NCBI GenBank assembly: GCA_964572155.1
Contig: CAZNDZ010000001.1
Coordinates: 718,290 to 782,289 of the forward strand
Origin: an uncultured Planctomycetales bacterium
GTDB taxonomy: Bacteria; Omnitrophota; Gorgyraeia; Zapsychrales; Fredricksoniimonadaceae
Length of the DNA: 64,000 nt
Direction of reading: 5' to 3'
In this document: piece by piece, positions 38,430 to 52,100 of the stretch
Layout of the letters: each line of letters begins with the position of its first letter
Position numbering within the stretch: position 1 is the stretch's first letter
Translations under genes and position numbers: made by a program
The notes under the pieces: generated by a model
What the model was told of the DNA's origin: nothing
The model's input: the letters and a program-made list of their open reading frames with translations, nothing else
The model's database searches: none

Positions 38430-40050
38430 TATGTTAAAGAAAATTATGATTTTTAGCATCCTCTTATGCGCTGCACCTTTGGTGTATGCAAATAACTTAA
38501 ATATTTCTAATTTAAACGTCTCAACTGTAGATACAGCGTCGGGAACAATTAGCTTTACGTGTGATGTTACCCAAGATAATAGCTGGCGCAATAATAATAA
38601 TTTTGATGCCGTTTGGATGTTTATGAAATATTCAACCGATGCTGGACAAACATGGAGCCATGCCAGTATGTTTGGTTATGGTACGAATCCTGCAGGTTTT
38701 TCTGCCGGCAACAATTTTGCATTAGTTGTACCTAATGATGGCAAAGGATTCTTTTTACAACGTACAGATTTTGGAGCAGGTTCTATTACAGTAAAAAATG
38801 TAAAGTTTGTTTGGAATTATGCTCAAGATGGCGTGCCTGCCAATATCGCAACCGCTGCAAACACCATTCACAAAGCATTTGGTATTGAAATGGTTTATGT
38901 TCCACAAGGTGCATTTTATGCTGGTGATGGCAACAGCTCGTCAGATTTTCGTTTCAAGTCAGGAAGCAGTGACAATAATCCTTGGTACATTCAAGGAGAA
39001 AATGCGATTAGCACAACAAATAGTGCATCTAATGGATATTTCTATCAAAGCACGGGAGCAACAGGTGAAAATAATAGTGGCGATGCATTTTTGGTACCAG
39101 CTTCATATCCAAAAGGCTATGCACCATTTTATTTAATGAAATATGAATTAACTGAAGGACAATGGGTGAGCTTCTTTAATACATTATCAACAGCAGCAAA
39201 ATTAAATCGTGATATTACGTCTGCTAATTTAGGTGGAAAAAATTCTGATGGCGTTGTAAAACGTAATACCATTGCATGGGATTCAACTAATCCAACATTA
39301 CCAGCGACAACATTGCGTCCATCACGTCCAGTAAGTTTTGTATCATGGCCAGATGTTGCAGCCTATGCTGCATGGGCAGGTCTTCGTCCTATCACAGAAT
39401 TAGAATTTGAAAAAGCAGCGCGTGGCAAAGACATTGGTGCTAACGCTGATGAATTTGCTTGGGGTTCATCAAGTTATACAGCGATAGGCACAACAGATAT
39501 CACACCAAATCAAGATGAAGTAGGAACGGAAACATTAAATAGTGCTGCAAATTTAAATCGCAATTCATTGGGATTTAGTACGGGTGATGGGCGTAGTGGT
39601 GGGATTGCATCTACACAAGCAGGTCCAGTGCGTGTCGGCATCTTCGCCGCTGGCGCATCTAATCGTATTAGTTCTGGTGCAGGATTTTATGGCAACATGG
39701 AATTATCGGGCAATTTGGCAGAACCAGTTGTAACCATTGGTCGTACTCAAGGTCGTCAGTTCTTAGCATCACATGGTACGGGTGCATTAACGAGCTTATC
39801 AGGCTATGAAGGAAATGCTGCTAACACGGATTGGCCAGGCTTGGATAATGTGAATGCAAGCCGTGGTATTACAGGTACCGTTGGCATTGGTTACCGTGGG
39901 GGAGATTTTAATTCATCAAATATTCGCACCTATCAATTGTCGTCAAGAACATATGCAGCGAAAGATCCTGATTCTTTAGGATTTTATCAACGTTCCGATG
40001 CAGGGTTTGGTGTTAATCAGGGCGGCCGTTTAGGTCGCAGTGCGCCGTAA
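38419..40050 (+). CDS. Exported FGE-sulfatase (SUMF1)/C-type-lectin-fold domain protein, paralogue 2
   Basis: Same architecture as paralogue 1: …LVYA/NNL, DNSWR…DAVW, EMVYVPQGAF.AG, MKYELTEGQW, LRPITELEFEKAARG, FYGNMELSGNLAE, RGG. Start is 38419 or 38431. Confidence 0.8.
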   Translation: MVTNMLKKIMIFSILLCAAPLVYANNLNISNLNVSTVDTASGTISFTCDVTQDNSWRNNNNFDAVWMFMKYSTDAGQTWSHASMFGYGTNPAGFSAGNNFALVVPNDGKGFFLQRTDFGAGSITVKNVKFVWNYAQDGVPANIATAANTIHKAFGIEMVYVPQGAFYAGDGNSSSDFRFKSGSSDNNPWYIQGENAISTTNSASNGYFYQSTGATGENNSGDAFLVPASYPKGYAPFYLMKYELTEGQWVSFFNTLSTAAKLNRDITSANLGGKNSDGVVKRNTIAWDSTNPTLPATTLRPSRPVSFVSWPDVAAYAAWAGLRPITELEFEKAARGKDIGANADEFAWGSSSYTAIGTTDITPNQDEVGTETLNSAANLNRNSLGFSTGDGRSGGIASTQAGPVRVGIFAAGASNRISSGAGFYGNMELSGNLAEPVVTIGRTQGRQFLASHGTGALTSLSGYEGNAANTDWPGLDNVNASRGITGTVGIGYRGGDFNSSNIRTYQLSSRTYAAKDPDSLGFYQRSDAGFGVNQGGRLGRSAP

Positions 40051-40104
40051 TTTTATAAAAATTGAGATTTTGATTTCGTGATCGAACAGAATAAAAAAGG
40101 GTTA

Positions 40105-43100
40105 ATGTTAAAAATTAAATTACAGTTAAAGAAACTGTGCGTCACAACGGTCATATTGATCGTCATGTCGATGGTTTCTTCCTCTGCATTTGCCCAATAC
40201 TCTGGCGGTTCACAAACTGGCAGCGGCGAAGCCACGATCGGTCAAGACATCTTCAAGGGTGGTCGCCAAGGTTCTTCCACCGTCGGAACTTCTAATGGTG
40301 GTTCTGCTTTATCTCATGGCGTAGCAACAAAGCTATATTTCGCTGTACAACCATCAGCGTCAAAACACAGTCACACCTTTGATCGTCAACCTGTAGTTGT
40401 TGTTCAAGATGCGAACGGAAATACAGTAACTGACGATAATACCACCCAAATCAAACTTGAAATCGGCAACAATCCAGGCAATGGGTATATCGAAGGTGTA
40501 ACCACGATTACAGTTGTTAATGGTGTTGCAACATTTTCAAATTTAAACATCAGCAAAGCTGGCCCACTATACACGTTAAAAGCTTCAGCAACAGGTCTTA
40601 CAACAGCATATTCAGAATCATTCGAGATTTATGCAGGTACTGGTCCAAAGGTTGCCGCAGTTTGGGATAATGCTGCAGGAAAATATCGCATTTATACTTG
40701 GGTTGAACAAGATAATCAAAGGCAAGATGTTGATAATACAGGTGATGATACCTGTGATACCCATACTATTTATGCATACGATGGTTCAACAGAAGCAACA
40801 TTAACAATGACAAAAGATGATGCAAATGATTATTGTTACACCGCTTCAGGAGATGCATGGACACCATCTAGTACAGCCAATTCCTATTTTCTTGATTTTC
40901 AGATTACGCTCGATGCTTCTTCTTATAGAACCTATGCTCCATTAGATTTAATTAAACCTGCTTTACAAGGCATTAGAGCGAAGACTGATTTAATTAATTG
41001 GACAAACGTTACAGATATTAAATCTAAAACAGACACGATTAACTGGACAGATGTCACGACCATTAATGCTCATACCAATAGCATCAATTGGCAAGATATT
41101 GGGGTCTTAAAATCAAACGTCAGCAGCATCAAATCAATAACAGACACCATTGATACATCAGTTAATTGGCAAGACATTGTTGTTCAAACGAAATCAGGTG
41201 TAAATTGGAAAGACATAGCTAGCACAACATTAAAGGGTATCAACTGGGATGATTTAAGCGTCTTAACAAATGTTGCGGTGAACTGGCGCGAACTTAATGT
41301 ATTAGGTAGAGCCGGTGTCAACTGGAACGACTTAAATACATTAACGCGCATTGGCGTCAATTGGCGTGATTTTGAAGTATTAGGTCGTGCACGTGTTAAT
41401 TGGTCTTCGATGGCTGAAATGGGTAAGGTTGGTATCAACTGGTATGACATGGCAGTCATGTCTGGTGCCCGTGTTACTTGGTCACAACAAATCAATTGGT
41501 ATAGCTTAGCTGATTTAACCACCGCTGGTGTTAATTGGTCGGATTTAAACGTTATGTCTGCAAAAAATATCAATTGGACCGACATCAATTCATTGAGTCG
41601 TGCAGGCGTTAATTGGAATAATTTCGGTTTATTAACCACAGTAGGTGTTAATTGGAATGATTTAACAGTCTTCTCAAGAACAATTATCAACTGGGATGAT
41701 TACGCCGTTCTTAGTCGTTCTGGAATCAATTGGGCGAACTTTGGTAATTTAACAACATCCAGCATTAACTGGAATGACATCAATGTTTTGTCGAGAAATG
41801 GCGTCAATTGGAACGACTTTGGTGTTCTCTCAAAAGCTGGCGTTAATTGGAACGATCTGCGTATCTTCACCAGAGCTGGTGTTAACTGGCAAGGCTTAAA
41901 TGTTTTTAGCAACACTTACGTTAATTGGGATGGGTTAAACCTTATGTCCACCAACGGCGTCAATTGGACAAATATTGGTTTACTCTCAACTGTAGGAGTT
42001 AATTGGGCAGATCTTAACGTAATGAGCCGCACTGGTGTAAACTGGGGCGATTTAAACCGCATGAGTGGTTTGGGTGTTAATTGGGCGGACTTAAATCGCT
42101 TAAGTGCCGTCGGTGTTAATTGGGCAGATTTAAATGTCTTAACAAAGTCTGGTATTAATTGGTATGACATGAACAGTTTCACAAAGGCGGGAATCAATTG
42201 GACAGACTTTGGTGTATTTAGTAAGACTGGCATCAATTGGAACAATATTAATATTTATGCAAGTGCCAATGTTAACTGGCAAGGGTTATATGTCTTAACA
42301 ACCAGTGGCATCAATTGGTCAAACATTGGAACCATGACAAGTACAGGTATTAATTGGAATGATTTTGCTGTCATGACTGTTAAGAGTTTGAATTGGGAAG
42401 ATTTTGGTATCCTGTCAAAGGTTGGCGTGAATTGGACAGATCTTGGAACATTTAGTAAAGCAGGTGTCAATTGGTATGATATTCAATCCATGGGTACTAA
42501 AGGAATTAACTGGAATGATTTTAATATATTAAGCAAAGCTTCAATTAATTGGACAGATTTTGGTTCTCTTGGCAAAGCAGGTATCAATTGGAACGATATT
42601 GGTGTTCTTTCTAAAAATGGCGTCAATTGGCAAGATTTAAATGTCATGTCTAAAGTAGGTATAAATTGGACTGATTTTAATCGTTTATCTGGTGTAGCGG
42701 TCAATTGGTCTGACATTGGTGTTTTATCAAAGATTGGAGTTAATTGGCAAGATTTCAACGTCATCAGCAAAGTTGGCGTTAATTGGAATGATTTTGGAGT
42801 TTTATCCAAAGCTGGTGTGAATTGGAGAGATTTAAATATCTTAAGCAGCACAGGTGTCAATTGGTATGACATGAATATTTTAAGCAATACTGGAACCAAT
42901 TGGTCTAATTTTGCTGTATTAAGTAAAGTTGGCGTTAATTGGAATGATTTTGGAGTTCTCTCAAAGGCAGGGATCAACTGGAATGATTTGACAGTGATGA
43001 GCCGCACCAATGTCAACTGGGGTGATTTAAATCGCATGAGCAGCCTCGGTGTAAATTGGGCAGATTTAAATCGCATGAGTGGACTTGGTGTCAATTGGCA

Positions 43101-46100
43101 AGATTTCACGGTTTTAACCAAGGCAGGCATCAACTGGACAGATTTTGGTGTGATTGGTAGAACGGGTATTAATTGGTATGACTTAAATGTATTTACAAAG
43201 TCAGGTATTAACTGGACAGATTTTGGGGTTTATACAAAGGTTAGTATCAATTGGGTTTCTTTAGCTTTGCAATCTACTAATGCTGTTAATTGGAACGACG
43301 TTGCCAAACTTTCTGCATCAAATGTTAACTGGAATTTCTTTTCTGCATTGTCTACGACCAATGTTAACTGGAATGACATTACCGTCTTAAGTAAGGCAGG
43401 CATCAATTGGAATGATATCGGTGTCTTAGCTGCCAATGGCGTCAATTGGAATGATCTTAATGTCTTAACTAAGGTTGGTGTTAACTGGAATGATTTTGCG
43501 GTCCTTGGCAAATCCGGTATCAATTGGAGAGATTTAGGCATATTAAGCACCGTTGCGATTAACTGGCAAGATTTTAATGTCATGTCAAAGACAGGTGTGA
43601 ATTGGGGCGATTTAAATCGCATGAGCAGCCTCGGCGTTAATTGGGCAGATTTAAATCGCATGAGTGCGTTAGGCGTTAATTGGGCAGATTTTAACGTATT
43701 AACGCGTTCTGGAATTAACTGGAATGATTTTGGTGTATTAAGCAAAACTGGTGTTAACTGGAATGACTTAGGCGTGTTAGCCAAGGCAGGCGTTAATTGG
43801 AATGATTTTGGAGTCTTAAGCAAGATAGGCATCAATTGGAACGATTTGAATGTTTTAAGTAAAGTTGGCACAAACTGGAGAGATTTTGCAGTATTAAGCA
43901 CTGTCGCTGTTAACTGGCAAGATATGAATGTGATTTCAAAGTCAGGAGTTAATTGGAATGACTTTGGTGTGTTATCAAAATCTGGTGTTAATTGGCAAGA
44001 TCTCAATGTCTTATCTAAAAATGGTATTAATTGGAATGAATTTGTCGTCTTAGGGCGCGCAGGTATTAATTGGCAAGATATCAATGTAATCAGCAAAGTA
44101 GGCGTTAACTGGTCAGATTTTAATGTATTATCCAGAAACGGTGTTAACTGGCAAGATTTGAATGTTTTATCAAAAGCAGGATTAAATTGGCAAGATTTCA
44201 ATGTTTTATCAAAATCAAGAGTCAACTGGCAAGACTTTACAGTTTTAAGTTCTGCAGCTATTAACTGGCAAGATATTAATGTTTTATCTAAGGCTGGTGC
44301 TAATTGGCAAGATCTAAATGTTTTAACTAAAGGTGGTGTCAATTGGCAAGATATTAATACCTTAACTAAAGCGGGTATCAACTGGCAAGATATGAACCAA
44401 TTGACCAGAACAGGTATTAATTGGCAAGATGTGAATGTATTAACAAAGACCGGCGTTAACTGGCAAAACTTTAATGTCTTAACTAGCTCAGGTATTAATT
44501 GGCAAGATTTAAATGTATTAAGCAAGACAGCAATTAATTGGAACGATTTTGGAGTTCTTGCGAAAGCTGGCGTTAATTGGAACGACTTAAATGTTCTTTC
44601 AAAATCTGGTGTTAATTGGAATGATTTTGGTGTCTTAAGTAAAAATGGTGTGAATTGGAACGACTTAAATGTTCTTACCCGCAGCGGCATTAACTGGAAT
44701 GATATGAATGCTCTTTCTAGAGCTGCAGTGAATTGGAATGATTTTAATGTTTTAACCCGCACATCTATCAACTGGCAAGATTTCACATCTTTGAGCAAAG
44801 CTGGCGTTAACTGGAATGATCTTAATGTTTTAAGTAAGACAGGTATTAATTGGCAAGATTTCAACGTGATAACAAGAACCAATGTTAACTGGCAAGATTT
44901 AAATGTTCTCTCAAAAGCTGGTGTTAATTGGAATGATTTCGGTGTATTAACAAACTCTAGCGTTAATTGGACAGGTCTCAATCTTTTAACAACAGCTGGA
45001 GTAAATTGGGCAAATCTAAACGTATTAAGTACAACAGGTGTTAATTGGGCTGATTTTGGTGTCTTAACAAAAATTGGTGTCAACTGGAGTGATTTGAATG
45101 TATTAACAAAATCTGGTGTGAACTGGCAAGATTTTGGCGTATTAAGTAAAGTGGGTGTTAATTGGCAAAATTTCAATGTATTAAGTAATGCAGGTATTAA
45201 TTGGAACGATATTGGTGTCTTAGCCAAAACAGGTATCAACTGGAATGACTTAAATGTCATGTCACGTACCGGCGTAAACTGGGGTGATTTAAATCGCATG
45301 AGCTCATTGGGTGTTAACTGGGCAGATTTAAATCGCATGAGCGGCTTAGGTGTGAATTGGGCAGATTTCACTGTCTTAACCAAGGCTGGCGTTAACTGGA
45401 ATGATTTTGGTGTCATGAGCCGCGTTGCAGCAAACTGGTATGATTTGAATGTCTTTACACGTGCAAGCATCAATTGGAATGATTTTGGTGTATTAGCGAA
45501 GGCAGGTATTAATTGGAATGACTTAAATGTTGTTACCAAAGCCAATGTTAATTGGAATGACTTTGCTGTCTTATCTAAGATTGGTGTTAACTGGCAAGAT
45601 ATGAATGTCTTGACCCGTAATGCTGTTAATTGGTCAGATTTTAGTGTCATGAGCCGTTCAAGTATTAATTGGCAAGGCTTAAATACATTAACAACCGCAG
45701 GCGTTAACTGGACAAACTTAAATGTTTTAAGTTCAACGGGTGTTAATTGGACAGATTTAGGCATTTTGACGACGACAGGTATTAATTGGCAAGATTTTAA
45801 TACTCTGAGTAAAGCTGGCGTCAATTGGAATGATTTAGGTGTTCTTTCTAAAACAAGCATAAATTGGCAAGATTTTACTGTACTTGGAAAAGCAGGAATT
45901 AATTGGAATAGCTTAGGCGTAATGTCTAAGGTTGGTGTCAATTGGAATGATTTCACTGTCATGAGCAGATCCAATGTCAATTGGGCCGATTTAAACAGCA
46001 TGAGCTCATTGGGTGTTAATTGGGCTGACTTAAATCGCATGAGCGGCCTAGGTGTGAACTGGCAAGATTTTACTGTATTAACTAAGGCTGGCGTTAACTG

Positions 46101-49100
46101 GAATGATTTTGGAGTAATGAGCCGTGTTGCAGTTAACTGGTCTGATTTTAACGTCTTAAGCAAGTCTGGTATCAACTGGTCAGACTTAGGTGTTTTAGGA
46201 AAAACAGGCATTAACTGGAATGACTTTAATGTATTGAGCAAGTCTTCTATTAATTGGAATGACTTAGGTGTTTTAGCAAAAGCCGGTGTCAATTGGAATG
46301 ACTTTAATGTATTAAGCAAGTCGGGTGTTAATTGGAACGACCTAAATGTTTTGAGCAAAGCAGGGGTAAATTGGAATGATATTAATGTCATCACAAGAGT
46401 TGGCGTAAATTGGAACGATTTTGTTGTCTTAGGTCGTGCTGGTGTTAACTGGAATGATTTTGGTGTGGTCAGTAAGACAGGTATCAATTGGAACGACTTT
46501 GGTGTTTTAGCCAAGGCTGGCATCAATTGGAACGACTTAAATGTCTTATCTAAAGTTGGCGTCAACTGGAATGATTTTGGAGTTCTTGGTAAAGCAGGGA
46601 TCAACTGGAATGATTTAAATGTCCTTTCACGTGCTGCAGTGAATTGGAGTGATATTAATGTCCTTTCCAAAATAGGTGTTAACTGGCAAGATTTGAATGT
46701 CTTAACTAAGACTGGTGTTAATTGGAGTGACATGGGCGCCTTAAGCAAGGCTGGCGTTAATTGGCAAAACATCGGCATCCTAAGCACTGTCGGTGTAAAT
46801 TGGCAAGATTTTAATACCTTAAGTAAGGCTGGTGTTAACTGGAATGACTTTGGCGTCTTATCAAAGGTTGGCGTCAATTGGAGTGATTTAAATGTCTTAA
46901 GTAAAACTGGTATCAATTGGAATGATTTTGGTGCTTTGTCAAAGATTGGTGTTAACTGGCAAGATTTAAATGTTTTAAGCAAGGCAGGTTTAAATTGGAA
47001 TGACATCGGTGTCTTAAGTAAAACTGGCATCAACTGGAATGACTTTGCTGTCTATTCTAAAGTTGGCATCAATTGGCAAGATTTTGGTGTGTTGTCAAAA
47101 GCTGGCCTAAACTGGACTGACTTTGGTGTCTTAAGTAAGACCGGTGTTAATTGGCAAGATTTAAATGTTCTTACCCGCAACGGCGTAAATTGGAACGATT
47201 TTGGTGTCTTAAGCAAAGCAGGAGTAAATTGGAATGATTTAAATGTATTATCAAAAATTGGTATTAATTGGTCAGATTTCAATGTCTTAACAAAATCCAG
47301 CATAAATTGGAATGACTTGAATGTCCTTTCAAAATCTGGCGTTAATTGGAATGATTTTGGAGTGCTTGCAAAAACAGGTGTTAATTGGCAAGATTTCAAT
47401 GTCTTAACAAGAACCGGAGTTAATTGGAACGATTTCGGAGTTATTTCTAAGGTAGGTGTTAATTGGCAAGACTTAAACACGTTAAGTAAGGTAGGCATTA
47501 ACTGGCAAGATTTTGCAGTCCTCGCAAAAACATCTATCAACTGGCAAGACTTTGCAGTCTTAGGCAAAGCCGGTGTTAACTGGAATGATTTTGGTGTCTT
47601 AAGTAAATCAGGTGTCAACTGGCAAGATTTGAATGTGATGAGCCGCAGCGCTGTAAATTGGGGCGACTTAAATCACATGAGCTCCGTTGGTGTTAATTGG
47701 GCAGATTTAAATCGCATGAGTGGTTTGGGTGTTAACTGGCAAGATTTCACCATCTTGACTAAGGCGGGCGTTAATTGGAATGACTTTGGTGTCATGAGCA
47801 AGGTTGGCGTCAACTGGAGCGATCTTAATGTGGTCAGCAAGATCGGTGTCAATTGGAGTGACTTTACTGTTCTTTCAAAGATTGGCGTGAATTGGCAAGA
47901 TTTGAACGTAATGTCTAAGGTTGCCGTTAACTGGGGTGACTTTGCCGTCTTAAGTAAGACCAGCATTAATTGGAACGACATGAATGTTCTTTCCCGTAAT
48001 AATATCAACTGGAATGATTTTGGTGTGATGAGCAAAGTTGGTGTTAATTGGAATGACATGAATGTTTTAAGCAAAGCCAACATCAATTGGTATGACATGA
48101 ATGTCTTAAGTAAAATTGGTGTTAATTGGCAAGATTTGAATGTTGTTAGCAAGACAGGTGTTAACTGGAATGATTTTGGTGTCATGTCTAAGGTTGGGGT
48201 TAATTGGAATGACTTAAATGTCTTAAGCAAGTCTGGTATCAATTGGCATGATTTCGGTGTGTTAACAAAGTCTGCTGTTAACTGGTCAGGGCTTAATTCC
48301 TTATCAACAGCAGGTGTCAACTGGTCTAACTTGAATTTATTAAGTTCTGCTAATGTCAACTGGACCGACTTAGGTATTTTAAGTAGCGCAGGTGTTAACT
48401 GGAATGACATGGCTCGTTTAACCACAACTGCGATCAATTGGAATGATATTAATGTCTTAACCCGCACTGGTATTAATTGGAATGATTTGAATGTCCTCTC
48501 TAGAATTGGCATGAACTGGGCAGATTATTCTGTTCAAACCCGCGCTGGTATCAATTGGTATGACTTAAATGTGATGAGCCGCACCGGTGTAAACTGGGGT
48601 GATTTAAATCTTATGAGCTCATTGGGTGTTAACTGGGCAGATTTAAATCGCATGAGTGGATTGGGTGTCAATTGGCAAGATTTCAATGTATTGACCAAGG
48701 CAGGCATTAATTGGAATGACTTTGGTGTGATGAGTAAAGTTGGCGCTAATTGGAACGACTTAAATGTTCTAACAAAAGTCGGCATCAACTGGATGGATGT
48801 AAGCGTTCTTGGAAAAACAGGTATTAACTGGCAAGATTTAAATACTTTAAGTAAGTCTGGAATTAATTGGAATGACTTTGGTGTGTTAAGCAAGATTGGT
48901 GTTAACTGGAACGACTTGAATGTCTTAAGCCGTACTGGTGTAAACTGGAATGATGTTGGCGTTCTGTCTAAGACCGGTGTCAATTGGCAAAACATGAATG
49001 TCTTAAGTAATGTAGGTATCAATTGGAACGATATCGGAGTGCTTTCCAAAAATGGTGTTAATTGGAACGACTTAAATGTGCTTACAAAATCTGGCATCAA

Positions 49101-52100
49101 TTGGAACGACATCGGCGTATTCTCTCGCGTAAATATTAACTGGCAAGATTTGAATGTCTTTAGCCGCACCGGCATTAATTGGAACGACTTTGGGGTTTTG
49201 TCAAAGATTGGTGTTAATTGGAGCGATTTGGGCGTCATGTCTAAGGTTGCTGTTAATTGGAGCGATTTTAGCGTGTTAAGCAAGACAGGTTTGAATTGGA
49301 ACGATTTGAATGTCTTGTCTCGCAATAATATCAATTGGAATGATTTTGGTGTGATTAGCAAAGTCGGAATCAATTGGAACGACATGAATGTCTTAAGCAA
49401 AGCAAATGTTAACTGGATTGATGTCGGTGTATTAAGCAAGACAGGTGTTAATTGGCAAGATTTGAATGTCTTAAGTAAGACAGCCATCAACTGGAATGAT
49501 TTCGGTGTGTTATCAAAGGTTGGGGTAAATTGGAATGATTTCAATGTGATTTCCAAGGTTGGTGTTAACTGGAATGACTTTGGTGTATTGAGTAAGATTG
49601 GCGTTAATTGGACAGATTTTGGCTCTTTAACCAAAGCTAATATTAATTGGAATGATCTTAATGTCATCGGACGCACCGGCATCAACTGGAATGATTTCGG
49701 AGTTCTATCTAAGGTTGGGGTGAACTGGAATGACATGAATGTTTTAACAAAGTCCGGGATCAATTGGTATGACTTCAACGTTTTAAGTAAAGCAGGTGTC
49801 AACTGGTATGACATGACGGTCATGACGAGAAACAGCGTCAACTGGGCTGGATTAAGTTCATTAAGTAACGCCGGTGTCAACTGGACAAACTTAGGTATCT
49901 TAACCAGCGCTAATGTTAACTGGTCTGATCTTGGAACCTTGAGTAAAGCGAGCATCAATTGGGTTGACATTGGTTTATTAGGTACCTCTGGTATTAATTG
50001 GTCTGATGTAAGTGTCTTAAGCCGTACAAGTGTTAATTGGAATGACTTAAATGTCTTAACTAAGTCAGGTGTCAATTGGAACGACTTTGGTGTGATGAGC
50101 AAGATCGGTGTTAACTGGTCTGATCTTAATGTCATCAGCCGCACCGGCGTTAACTGGAATGATTTTGGTGTATTAACAAAGACCGCTGTTAACTGGCAAG
50201 ATTTATCCGTCGCCAGCAGAATTGGCGTTAACTGGAATGACTTTGGTGTCTTAAGCAAGATTGGTGTTAATTGGCAAGACATGAATGTCTTAAGCAAGAA
50301 TGGCATCAACTGGTTAGACATGAATGTCTTAACCAAGGCTGGTGTCAACTGGTCTGATGCAGCTACCTTAAGTAAAGCCAGCATCAACTGGAATGATTTT
50401 GCCGTCCTCGGTAAAACAGGTATTAATTGGTACAACTTCAATGTATTAAGTCGCGTTGGTGTTAACTGGAATGATTTGGCTGTCATGAGCCGTAGCAGTG
50501 TGAATTGGTCTGACTTAAATAGCATGAGCTCCTTAGGTGTTAATTGGGCAGATCTAAACCGCATGAGCGGCCTTGGCGTTAACTGGTCAGATATTACCGT
50601 CCTTTCTAAATCAGGCATTAATTGGAACAATTTCGGGGTCCTAAGCACGGTTGGTATTAATTGGAACAGTTTAAGCGTGATGGGCAACGTTGGTGTTAAC
50701 TGGAATGATATTCAAGTCATCAGCAAGACAGGCATTAATTGGAACGACTTAAATGTATTAACCAAGACCGGCGTTAACTGGAATGATTTTGGTGTCATGA
50801 GCAAGGTTGGTGTTAACTGGAGTGATCTTAATGTCTTAAGCCGCACCAGCATCAACTGGAATGACATGAATGTCTTAACCAGAATTGGTGTCAACTGGCA
50901 AGATTTGAATGTGTTAAGCAAGACTGGCGTTAATTGGAATGATTTTGGTGTCATGAGCAAGATCGGTGTCAATTGGCAAGATTTCAATGTGTTAAGCAAG
51001 ACTGGCGTTAACTGGAATGATTTTGGCGTGATCAGTAAAACAGGCATTAATTGGTATGACTTAAATGTCTTAACAAAATCAGGTGTTAACTGGAATGATT
51101 TTGGTGTCTTAAGTAAGGTTGGCGTTAACTGGTATGACATGAATGTCATCACCCGCAATGGCATCAACTGGAATGATTTTGGAGTTCTATCGAAGGCGGG
51201 CGTTAATTGGAGCGACATGAATGTTATCACTCGCATTGGCATGAACTGGAGTGACATGAGTGTCTTGAGCAAGACAGGTTTAAATTGGAGCGATATTGGC
51301 GTCTTAAGCAAGACAGGTGTTAACTGGAATGACTTAAATGTCGTTAGCCGCACGGGCATTAACTGGAATGACTTTGGTGTCTTGTCAAAGATTGGCGTTA
51401 ATTGGAGCGACATGAACGTTTTATCTAAGACAGGTATCAATTGGTATGATTTTAATGTCTTAAGCCGTGCGGGCATCAATTGGCGCGATTTAAATATTTT
51501 GACGAAAACCAGCGTCAATTGGGTTGGTTTGAGTTCATTGAGTAATGCTGGTGTTAACTGGACAAACTTAGGCACATTAACCAGTTCAAGCGTGAATTGG
51601 TCAGATCTTGGTGCGCTAAGTAATGCGGGTGTTAATTGGAATGACTTTGGTGTCTTAAGCAAGACAGGAATTAACTGGCAAGATTTGAATGTCTTTACCC
51701 GTGCCAGCATTAATTGGAGCGATTTCGGTGTCCTATCTAAAACAGGCATTAATTGGTATGACTTAAATGTTGTAACAAAAGCTGGATTAAATTGGAATGA
51801 CATCGGTGTGCTTTCTAAGAATGGTATCAATTGGAATGATATCGGCGTCTTATCTAAGGTTGGTATTAATTGGAATGATATCAGCGTTGTTAGCAAAACA
51901 TCTGTCAACTGGTCTGACTTAAATGTGTTGACCAAGGCTGGTATTAATTGGAATGACTTCGGGGTTTATAGCAAGGCTGGTATCAACTGGTATGACATGA
52001 GCGTCTATAGCAAGGTTGGTATCAATTGGTATGACATGAATATTTTGACAAAGTCTGGTGTTAACTGGAATGACTTAAGCATCTTGAGTAAGACGGCTAT

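Noticed and set aside
36837-40050. Diversity-generating retroelement targets (the CLec/FGE fold is a common DGR target)
   Set aside because: No reverse transcriptase and no template-repeat copy of either C-terminus differing at adenines was seen in the window.
439-40235. Short alternative-frame and antisense ORFs (60-120 aa) overlapping the assigned genes, including 40053..40235 (-)
   Set aside because: They lie within or mostly overlap well-supported genes and have no recognisable motifs; treated as spurious.
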